NCBI RefSeq assembly: GCF_000237865.1
Contig: NC_017459.1
Span: forward strand, 3,060,001-3,092,000
Direction: 5' to 3'
DNA: 32,000 bases
Origin: Haloquadratum walsbyi C23
GTDB taxonomy: Archaea; Halobacteriota; Halobacteria; Halobacteriales; Haloferacaceae
Position numbers and translations under genes: made by a program. Below, in pieces: positions 19,201-27,057 of the stretch. Every line of letters starts with the position of its first letter. Within the stretch, counting starts at the first letter, position 1. The notes under the pieces are model-generated. The model saw only the letters and a list, made by a program, of their open reading frames with translations. It did not search any database and was not told the origin of the DNA.

Positions 19201-19490
19201 ACTGAACCGATGCAGATGCAGTTGCAGTGCCCGACTGCTTGAAAACACCGCAGAAAGTAACTCCGAGTCCACCGAAATCTGCCGAACTCCCCAAGGCAGA
19301 AACAACTTTGGGAGTCCGAACACGATGGAGGATAGCAGTACCGGGGGCTGAGATATGGCACTCCCAGTAGTCCCAGCAGTCCCACTCGACTCGCCACAGT
19401 CAGTGAACCCCACATGGATTCTCACCGTGCCGGGGTTCGGTGGAACTGCAAACCTGAAATCTCCACCATTCACGCTCACGCTCACGCTCA
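19201..19490 (+). other. GC-rich structured island in an AT-rich spacer; candidate ncRNA, or a decayed IS200/IS605-type right end (strand tentative)
   Basis: A 10-bp hairpin ACTCCCCAAG/CTTTGGGAGT (19286-19315). A long-range pairing TCCACCGAA (19268-19276) with TTCGGTGGA (19436-19444). A terminal hairpin GGTGGA-17 nt-TCCACC (19439-19467) is followed by ATTCAC and then (CACGCT)x3 (19471-19490). Overlapping ORFs on the minus strand are non-acidic and look non-coding. Confidence 0.3.
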
Positions 19491-19682
19491 GGATTCCTCC
19501 GCGTTTAGTGATTCAACAAACTCCTGGGTGAACTAATTCACTAATTCGATGCAAGAGAACTACTCTGACCGATGCATATCTACTTAAGCACCCACTTCTT
19601 CTGTAAGCTACTATACGCGGAGGAGGATGTCAATAATTAGATTACTCTGCATCAGTTTTTACTTTCTATCCTCCAGTCGATT

Positions 19683-20393
19683 CTAGTTCTGACCTTGGTC
19701 TTGATCTCCATGATATACATTAGTCCCGTTTTCAGTCCCAATGCAGGCAATATCTGCAAGATTAACAAATAATCCATGTGCCACGGTACCCGGAATTTCA
19801 GCGAGTGATTTTGCAAGTGCTTCGGCATTTTCAATATGCCCAAATGCACAATCAAAGACAATATTTCCATTGTCTGTGATTACTGGTCCGTCCTTCATTG
19901 TTGCCGATCGAAGTGTAGTTGTTGCCCCGAGTGAGTCAAGCCGGCGTTTAACTGGTTTTTGAGCCATCGGGAGAGTAGATACTGGAACGGGCTCTGAAAG
20001 CGTTTCAACCAATTTTGACTCATCAGCAACAACAATAAACTGATCTGCGGTTGCATCAATGACCTTCTCGCGGGCATGTGCGGCGCCTCCACCTTTGATT
20101 AGTGTTAAATTATTGTTAATCTCATCAGAACCATCGATTGCAACATCAATATGATCGACGACCTCAATTCGAGTGAGTGGGATTCCTGCCTCAATTGCGC
20201 GATCACGTGTTGCAAAGGATGTCGGTACGCCATGAATATCATACCCTGCTGCCACTGCATCTCCAAGAGCATCGATTGCTGCGGCAGCGGTGCTTCCAGT
20301 CCCAAGGCCGACAATATCACCGTCACTAACATATTCAACCGCTTTTTCACCAGCCCGTCGTTTTTGTTCTGCTGAGCCACCTGTTGTTTTCAT
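19683..20393 (-). CDS. rpiA: Ribose-5-phosphate isomerase A
   Basis: VGLGTGSTAAAAI, ...DGSDEI..., LIKGGGAAHAREK motifs. 236 aa. Confidence 0.92.
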   Translation of the reverse strand: MKTTGGSAEQKRRAGEKAVEYVSDGDIVGLGTGSTAAAAIDALGDAVAAGYDIHGVPTSFATRDRAIEAGIPLTRIEVVDHIDVAIDGSDEINNNLTLIKGGGAAHAREKVIDATADQFIVVADESKLVETLSEPVPVSTLPMAQKPVKRRLDSLGATTTLRSATMKDGPVITDNGNIVFDCAFGHIENAEALAKSLAEIPGTVAHGLFVNLADIACIGTENGTNVYHGDQDQGQN

Positions 20394-20579
20394 CTTTATA
20401 TTGACTCAGTTGGATTAATATAGACATAAACGTATCAGGTATTAATTTCTCAGCTGATTCTCACATTGATAGAAACTTGGGTGTGAATCACGCCCTCTTA
20501 CTGAGATATGCGGTATCAGATTGCTTTTTTGGATATACTCACATTCAATATTGCATCGAGATGCTGGTGTATATCGTAT

Positions 20580-21713
20580 TCACAATCGTTCAGCGACTGC
20601 ATCAGGGTCATATGCAATTGAAATTGACCGTGTTCGTCCACGACCGTCAATATCAGTATAGTTTGCTTCAATCACGCCTATCCGATCAAGTTTATTAACA
20701 ACCTCAGAATAGCGTGTATATCCAAGCCCAGTCTGCTCGTGAAAGGCTTCATAAACGGTTCCAGCACGGTCACCATCATGATCAACGACGACCTCAACAA
20801 GCGCTCGCTCTGTTTCAGAAAGCCCACGAAGTCGTCGGGAGAGATGAACATGTCTTGATTTTTCATATGCGGTTTCAATATCCTCACTCGTGATACTTCG
20901 ACTCCCGCGCATCTCAGCATTAAGCCCTGCTCGTCGGAGAAGATCGATTCCAACTCGGAGGTCACCAGTTTCAGCGGTTAATTCTGCGACTTGATCAAGC
21001 TCTGTTGAGCCGATAACTCCGTCATAAAATCCATGTCGGGTTCGAGATTGAAGAATATCGGAGATTTCGGTGATATCATATACTGGAAAAAATACTTCCT
21101 CGGGTCGGAAAACACTCTGAACCCGACCATCGAGTTCCTCGATAAGTTCAAGCGTGAGGTCTGAGGAAATAATCACAACACCAATCCGTGCGCCAGTATG
21201 CGTTTCATGCGCTCTCAATAGTGAATATAGTACATCAGATATCTCATTTTCATAGAATAGATAATTAACATCATCAAGGGCCACAACGAGGATGTTATCT
21301 GAGTCTGCCAATCGGTCTGTAATCTGACTGAATAGTTTCTTAAATGATAGCCCTGATGATGGCGGCTCATACTCAAATATATGCTCAAAGATGCGTGAGA
21401 AGACACCATATCGCGTTGAGTCAACTTGGCAATTGACATGAACAGTCTGAACTCCCATCTGCGCCCCAAGTTCAGTAAATAACTTCTGAACAGCAGTTGT
21501 CTTGCCGGTTCCTGGTGGACCACGGATGACGGTATTTAGCGGTCGTGACCCGCGAACTGCCGGTCGAAGTGCGTATTTGAGGTTTTCAAGTTGTGTTTCA
21601 CGATGGTCAAACGTCTCTGGCATATAATCTATTTCAAAGACGTGTTCATCCCGAAAGATGGACTCATCCCATGACAACATCCCCTCATCAGGGTCATTAT
21701 TCATCGAATGCAA
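20580..21713 (-). CDS. orc1: Orc1/Cdc6 family replication initiation protein
   Basis: Walker A GPPGTGKTT, Walker B LVVALDDVN, and a C-terminal winged helix (...YEAFHEQTGLGYTRYSEVVNKLDRIGVIEA). 377 aa. Confidence 0.9.
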   Translation of the reverse strand: MHSMNNDPDEGMLSWDESIFRDEHVFEIDYMPETFDHRETQLENLKYALRPAVRGSRPLNTVIRGPPGTGKTTAVQKLFTELGAQMGVQTVHVNCQVDSTRYGVFSRIFEHIFEYEPPSSGLSFKKLFSQITDRLADSDNILVVALDDVNYLFYENEISDVLYSLLRAHETHTGARIGVVIISSDLTLELIEELDGRVQSVFRPEEVFFPVYDITEISDILQSRTRHGFYDGVIGSTELDQVAELTAETGDLRVGIDLLRRAGLNAEMRGSRSITSEDIETAYEKSRHVHLSRRLRGLSETERALVEVVVDHDGDRAGTVYEAFHEQTGLGYTRYSEVVNKLDRIGVIEANYTDIDGRGRTRSISIAYDPDAVAERL

Positions 21714-21812
21714 GAGGTTCTTGCGCTCACTTAACGGTTGGTGATTGTCAGATAATCATTGTGATAATTTGATGATATTTTTGGACAATATCTATGAGAA
21801 TTTATCACTGAC

Positions 21813-23927
21813 CTAGAATTTCTGCAGCAGTCGATGGTAAAATTGCGATTCAGAGCCATCGCTATCAGCTAATTTTTCAACAATAAGTTCCGGTGTTGAT
21901 CGTGCAAGGCGACCCTTTATTGGTGATCGATTCACAATTAGCTCTCCATCCTCAAGTCCAACAGCCTCAATCCCATCGACAGCAACAGAAAAATCAGCAG
22001 CCTCGCGGATTTCATCAGCGAGATGAGAGACAAAGACTGCTGTTGCTGATTGGTCCTCTAATGCTTCTAAAATCCCAGCGACAATTTTTGCAGATGCTCC
22101 CGGCTCCGTGATACTTTCGAGTTCATCAACGAGCACAAGTCGATTGGAGGCTCCATCTGCAAGTTCACGAAAGTCTCGGAGCGTGCTCTCAAATGCACCT
22201 GCATCAAGTGTTCCTTGTGTCTTCGCATAATAGTGTAACTCTGAGAACCGTTCTAACCGGACATTGTCAGCAGGCACTGGAAGACCCATATGTGCCAGAA
22301 TAGCAATGAGTGCAACAAGATCAAGCGTAGATGTTTTTCCACCCGAATTAACACCCGAAAGAAGCGTAACACCAGAGACGCGATAATCAATAGCTTCGAC
22401 AGCTGAAAATTCAACATCAAGAAGTGGCGAGCGACCACCGCTAATGTTGAACCCACGAATGAGAGAGCCATCAGAGTCGGTTATATGCTTAGCCTCAGAG
22501 CTCGAATTGATTTCGGACTGAGGCGGATCCGCAGCGGTATCTGGGGTATCTCTGTTTGTATTGCCTGTTTGATCGGGGATTTCAGTGTCATCGATAAATG
22601 TGGGCATTGTACACTCGAAGTCGTGCGCAAATTTCGCGATTGCACGCTCAACATCTAATTCAAGCACAGCACGCACCAATTTTTGAACTGGCTGTTGAAG
22701 TGTTGTGAGTTCGTCTGCAACCTCACGTTTTCGCTGTGCTGCTTTTCGGTCACGCGCTGTTATGAGTTCGGTCCGCAGTCGTGAGATGACTGAGGATTCA
22801 TGTTCGACAGGAAATGTTGGGTCTGTAGGGAATGCGCGTTCTGCGAAATCTGCTTCCGATGGACGGAGCTCAATCGCTTCAATGAGGTGTTCTCGTGCAG
22901 CAGCAACAGCAGCATCATATTCATCATTCAGCTCGCGTCCGAATAATGAGTCAACACGAGCTCCCTGTTCAACAAGCGAAAGAAAGTCAGTCCCCTCAAT
23001 GGTGACATCTCGCTGTTGAATAGCTTCGCGAAGACGATCATTCGCGACCGACTCAGCAGTTGAAACAGCAGCATCAAGATCAGCAACAGCAGTTGTGAGT
23101 CGGGTCAGTTCTGCATCCCCAACGACAGTACCATCGGTATCAACTTTTTTAAGCACGTCACGAAGTTTGGAGACTGAACAGGGTGGATCAAGATTCGTCT
23201 GCTCATGTACTTTCACAGCAGCAAGGATTCGATCACGGTTTGTTGCAAAATACTGCAAAACACGCTCTGGGACAATCTTATTCGGGGTATCAATTGCGTC
23301 AGGGTGAATCTGGACATCCCCCTCAATATCAATTCCAGCGAATCGCTCATCAAGCGCGATTACAGTCGAATATGAACGAGCAAGTTCTGCAAGTTCACGT
23401 GTGTCTTCAACAACCTCAACTGAGACTTCAGGAAATACGTCGTCGGCTTTTGCGTATCGCTCGGGGTCAGACGTCGCAATACAGCGATCTCGAATGCGCG
23501 ATATTGTCGGTGTCGTGAGTGGTTCAACACCACTGAGTGTTTCTTGAATCGTATCATCGATAGGAATCTCAGTAGTAGTTGCTGCCGTGACGAACGCACG
23601 AGCTTCCTCAATGCGAGTCGACGATGCTGTCGGATAAAGCGTCGCAAGCCGTTTTGTCGCGTACTCGGTGATTGCTCGGTCACGAAGCAATGCAAGGACA
23701 TCTTGATATATTTCGCGAGCACGCCGAGTTGCCAGAAAATTACTGTCGTCGGTATGTCGCTTCCGAATTACACCTCGCGCGACAGCCGTTGCCCGCCCAT
23801 CTGAAATCTCCGGTGATCGTGAGAGCGCTGCAACATCACCGTCTTTGAGCGCACGCTCAGCATCATCAAGCTCTTCGAGGGCCGCGGCTGTCTTTGGACC
23901 GACACCGGGGATATCCTCGAACTGCAT
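21813..23927 (-). CDS. Archaeal MutS-like ATPase (N-terminal helix-hairpin-helix plus C-terminal MutS domain V)
   Basis: HhH motif MQFEDIPGVGPKTAAALEEL. Walker A LLSGVNSGGKTSTL, Walker B LVLVDELESITEP. I see no mismatch-binding domain I motif. 704 aa. Confidence 0.85.
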   Translation of the reverse strand: MQFEDIPGVGPKTAAALEELDDAERALKDGDVAALSRSPEISDGRATAVARGVIRKRHTDDSNFLATRRAREIYQDVLALLRDRAITEYATKRLATLYPTASSTRIEEARAFVTAATTTEIPIDDTIQETLSGVEPLTTPTISRIRDRCIATSDPERYAKADDVFPEVSVEVVEDTRELAELARSYSTVIALDERFAGIDIEGDVQIHPDAIDTPNKIVPERVLQYFATNRDRILAAVKVHEQTNLDPPCSVSKLRDVLKKVDTDGTVVGDAELTRLTTAVADLDAAVSTAESVANDRLREAIQQRDVTIEGTDFLSLVEQGARVDSLFGRELNDEYDAAVAAAREHLIEAIELRPSEADFAERAFPTDPTFPVEHESSVISRLRTELITARDRKAAQRKREVADELTTLQQPVQKLVRAVLELDVERAIAKFAHDFECTMPTFIDDTEIPDQTGNTNRDTPDTAADPPQSEINSSSEAKHITDSDGSLIRGFNISGGRSPLLDVEFSAVEAIDYRVSGVTLLSGVNSGGKTSTLDLVALIAILAHMGLPVPADNVRLERFSELHYYAKTQGTLDAGAFESTLRDFRELADGASNRLVLVDELESITEPGASAKIVAGILEALEDQSATAVFVSHLADEIREAADFSVAVDGIEAVGLEDGELIVNRSPIKGRLARSTPELIVEKLADSDGSESQFYHRLLQKF

Positions 23928-24049
23928 TCAGCATCAATTCACAGCCCCCTCAAGAAAACATTGCGGGTCACGCGTTCATATCGCATGGCTTGATTGAAAA
24001 TATCAATTATGACAACGTGTTTTTGCACCTTGCTATAATATGAGCATCC

Positions 24050-25183
24050 ATGCCATCTAACGAGAGTGCAGAAAATAACACGCAAATAAATATAGATATC
24101 GACACGGACACAGACACGGACACGGACACGGGTGCGGCGTCATCGTTTCAGTCTCATGTTGTGTCGAGAGATAATGATGGAGATATGGATATGCTCGCGT
24201 CTTCAGTCGATACAATCGAAGATATCGATATCGATGTTTCCTCAGCAAAGATTGAGACAGCACTCAACCGCGCAGCAGCTGCTCGGGATTCGCTTGCGGA
24301 TTGTGATGGTGTTCTTGTTGCGTTTTCTGGTGGTGTTGACTCAGCGGTCGTCGCTACGTTGGCATACGACGCACTTGGGTCAAACGCCATTGCATGTACA
24401 GCTAAGTCTGAGACACTCCCAGCAGCTGAACTTGAAGATGCGCATCAGGTTGCAGCTGAAATAGGTCTTCCACATAAAATTGTATCGTTCTCAGAGCTTA
24501 ATGACGAGAATTTCGTTGAAAATGGATCCGATCGATGCTATCATTGCCGAACGATGCGGCTTGGTCGCATGTACGATGCTGCACATGAACATGGGATTGA
24601 AACGGTCTGTGATGGGACAAATGCCTCAGATGCCGATGGAGGACACCGCCCGGGTCTTGACGCGGTTGATGAATTAAATATTACATCCCCATTACGTGAG
24701 CACGGACTTGATAAAGAGGATGTGCGAATTGTCGCAGCGGCATATGGGTTATCTGTCGCAGAGAAACCATCAATGGCTTGTCTCTCATCACGAATTCCAA
24801 CAGGGCTTGAGGTGACTGAGGATCGACTCAACCGGGTTGAGGCTGCTGAGGCAGCGCTTCGAACATGGGGATTTTCACAATTTCGTGTTCGCGATCACGA
24901 TGGTCTCGCGCGAATTGAGGTTGGGAGTGACGAGCTTACTGATGCATTGGATATTGATTTTGTGACTGCGGTTCGCGAGCGGCTTCAAGAGCTTGGATTT
25001 GAACATGTAACCCTTGATCTTCATGGATATGAAACCGGGAGTGTCAGCCCTGAGAATGAACAAAAAAGTACTGAAACTACATCAGCTGATCGATCGATCG
25101 AAACCATAAAAGAACGCTCTAATAATAAAAACACTGAATCTTCTATCAGTGCTATAGTTGAACCCTCATATCCGACTGAGTGA
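24050..25183 (+). CDS. PP-loop ATP pyrophosphatase of the LarE / TIGR00268 type, with acidic N- and C-terminal extensions
   Basis: PP-loop VAFSGGVDSAV. Conserved ...CYHCR... and CLSSRIP Cys motifs. An N-terminal extension of about 65 aa includes DIDTDTDTDTDTG. Alternative internal starts exist at M46/M48. Confidence 0.85.
   Translation: MPSNESAENNTQINIDIDTDTDTDTDTGAASSFQSHVVSRDNDGDMDMLASSVDTIEDIDIDVSSAKIETALNRAAAARDSLADCDGVLVAFSGGVDSAVVATLAYDALGSNAIACTAKSETLPAAELEDAHQVAAEIGLPHKIVSFSELNDENFVENGSDRCYHCRTMRLGRMYDAAHEHGIETVCDGTNASDADGGHRPGLDAVDELNITSPLREHGLDKEDVRIVAAAYGLSVAEKPSMACLSSRIPTGLEVTEDRLNRVEAAEAALRTWGFSQFRVRDHDGLARIEVGSDELTDALDIDFVTAVRERLQELGFEHVTLDLHGYETGSVSPENEQKSTETTSADRSIETIKERSNNKNTESSISAIVEPSYPTE
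24101..24130 (+). repeat. Hexanucleotide tandem repeat (GACACR)x5 encoding (DT)n
   Basis: gacacg gacaca gacacg gacacg gacacg, read directly from the sequence. Confidence 0.9.
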
Positions 25184-25227
25184 GCATTAATTGATACGCG
25201 ATCTCATCGAGAGACTGTACTCACTGC

Positions 25228-26610
25228 TCACCCACTGTGCGATTCATTCGGTCGAATCCAGCCTAACACAAGAAGTGTCAGTTCAAACAGAACGATCATT
25301 GTTACAGCAATAATAATCGGTGCCATACCAGTTGGATCCGGACTAACAAGGAATGCAAGTCCAAGGAAACTGCCCCAAAAGAGAAGTCGGCGATCAAGCA
25401 GCCATTGTCGTGTGACGAGATTCATCATAATCGCTAGAAGGATGAATAGTGGAATTTGGAAAATAATCGCATTATATCCCATCAGTATCAAGATGAGATT
25501 GAATGTCTCTCGAAGTCCGAAAGCAACGACTGCAGTGCCTGTCGTGTATGAGGTAAAGTATGCAAAGATGGCAGGAAGAACCGCAAAGTGTGCAAAGGCA
25601 ATCCCAATAAATGCAAGAACAACACTTGTTGGAACCGCAGCAAGGTAATAACGCCGCTCTTGTGGAAATAATCCCGGTCGCATGAACAGATACGTCTCAT
25701 ATACGAATACTGGTAAGCCAATAATTAACCCACCCAGCGCGGCGACTTTTAATTCAGTGAGGAGTAGTTCCAGTGGACCATAGATACGAGGACGACGAGC
25801 AGCGATATCAGGCGCACCAGGAATATGCTTATTCCACAAGAAATCAATGACTTCAGTTGAACTGATAAGGTCAAATCCAAAGGCTGTATTCACAAGATCG
25901 GCTCCGGGATATAGTAGCATAGTCACAATACCGGAAATACCGAGGACAATCGCTACTCGTCTGATCATCTCTTCAATGTGATCAGCCAATGGCATCTCCT
26001 CATCACTCTCTGGACCAGGTCCAACGATTCCATCGTCCACATCCGGAGTGTATGATTCCGCGTCTCCAGGTCCTGTCTCAGTCTCGACCATAGACACATC
26101 ACCTGAAGTGGGCTCACCACCGTCGGTGCCGGCAACGGCAGTTGATTGATTCCCGACACCTGGATCGGTGGGTGTGTTAGCAGTAGTAGTGTCGATTTGT
26201 TCGCCGTTTGTCGGTGATGGGTCCCCTTCTGAATTCGAACCTGACTCGGAATCAGAATTAGAATTAGAATCGGAGTCGGATTCGGATTCGGAGTCGGATT
26301 CGGAGTCGGATCCTGCTGGCAATATCTGTGATGTATCTAAAGATGTGTCTGTAGTCGGTGAGAGTCCAGATGTATGTTCCTGTTGTGTATTAGGGTTACT
26401 CACGGAGTATGACTCATCTTCGTTTATTTCAGTTGAAGAGTCTGAAGGGTGAGAGTCGATATCATCGGGTGTTTTGGTATCGACATCAGCATCGCTTGCT
26501 GTGGTATCGTTTGCGTCGGTCAACGTGCTGGCGTCCGATTCATTGGAAGCGTCTTTTATTTCGTCTCCATCGTCGGGCGCATCAGCCGACGTCTCCGAAT
26601 TCTCGCCCAT
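25228..26610 (-). CDS. tatC: TatC translocase subunit (single TatC domain, TatCo-like) with an acidic N-terminal extension of about 200 aa
   Basis: The C-terminal ~250 aa form a 6-TM TatC fold (MPLADHIEEMIRRV...FMRPGLFPQERRY...SPDPTG). The N-terminal region is D/E/S/T-rich, including SDSESDSESESDSDSNSNSDSESGSNSE. Confidence 0.88.
   Translation of the reverse strand: MGENSETSADAPDDGDEIKDASNESDASTLTDANDTTASDADVDTKTPDDIDSHPSDSSTEINEDESYSVSNPNTQQEHTSGLSPTTDTSLDTSQILPAGSDSESDSESESDSDSNSNSDSESGSNSEGDPSPTNGEQIDTTTANTPTDPGVGNQSTAVAGTDGGEPTSGDVSMVETETGPGDAESYTPDVDDGIVGPGPESDEEMPLADHIEEMIRRVAIVLGISGIVTMLLYPGADLVNTAFGFDLISSTEVIDFLWNKHIPGAPDIAARRPRIYGPLELLLTELKVAALGGLIIGLPVFVYETYLFMRPGLFPQERRYYLAAVPTSVVLAFIGIAFAHFAVLPAIFAYFTSYTTGTAVVAFGLRETFNLILILMGYNAIIFQIPLFILLAIMMNLVTRQWLLDRRLLFWGSFLGLAFLVSPDPTGMAPIIIAVTMIVLFELTLLVLGWIRPNESHSG
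26231..26313. repeat. Degenerate hexanucleotide repeat (GGAGTC/GGATTC units) encoding the (SD/SE)n tract of TatCo
   Basis: ...cggagtcggattcggattcggagtcggattcggagtcggatcc... It also creates the spurious antisense ORF 26168..26452. Confidence 0.85.
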
Positions 26611-27057
26611 TCGCCTGTGAATCGCCGCCCGCTTCTTATATGCCTTTCCGGATAGACCAAGACTGATTGTATTCGATCAGTAAGATGACACTAAATTACC
26701 CCCGACCTACTCAACCGTTGGAGACGGCTTCCGTAAGGATGGAAAATGGCTTCTAGCGAAGGTTATTTGAATTCCGACTGTACTCTAGCTCGGAAATGGT
26801 TATTCCTGTGGGGTGTCAATAACCCTCACGAGACTCTTTTTCAAATATCTTGTTTGAGAGGTTGGGCATACCTGTCCAGACTGTGGCGAAACGACAAGAA
26901 CGGATATTATTGCCGTCTGCTTCAGCAGTTTGAATGATTCCCACATTGGACAATCAGAACATGTCAGATTACATATTACTATTATGATTATTGGGCGTAT
27001 CCCCTCGCTACTCATTCAGTCAAAAAGATTGATAACGACAAGTAGGCTTATTAAATT

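Noticed and set aside
19176-19485. Two overlapping minus-strand ORFs of 79 and 96 aa
   Set aside because: They contain very few Asp/Glu residues and are rich in Ser/Gly/Cys and Leu. They overlap each other in different frames and coincide with a highly self-complementary GC island, so a structured nucleic-acid element is more likely.
19201-19490. SRP (7S) RNA, suggested by CCGGGGTTCGGTGGAACTGCAAACCTG, which resembles an Alu-domain motif
   Set aside because: Neither strand has a helix 8 signature (GGAA tetraloop flanked by ..AGG.CC / GG.AGCA..). The motif also sits at the wrong end for a ~300-nt SRP RNA, because the downstream sequence is AT-rich.
17700-21812. A replication origin with ORB repeats near orc1/cdc6 or in the 17.6-18.1 kb AT-rich spacer
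   Set aside because: I found only one weak ORB-like stretch (TCCACTACAGGGGGT at 17898-17912), and its spacing is wrong. There is no inverted set of repeats with G-strings. The spacers flanking orc1 (20394-20579, 21714-21812) lack such motifs.
26168-26452. 94-aa + strand ORF rich in SESDSE
   Set aside because: It is an antisense reading of the TatCo acidic hexanucleotide repeat. The repeat is symmetric enough to stay open on both strands.
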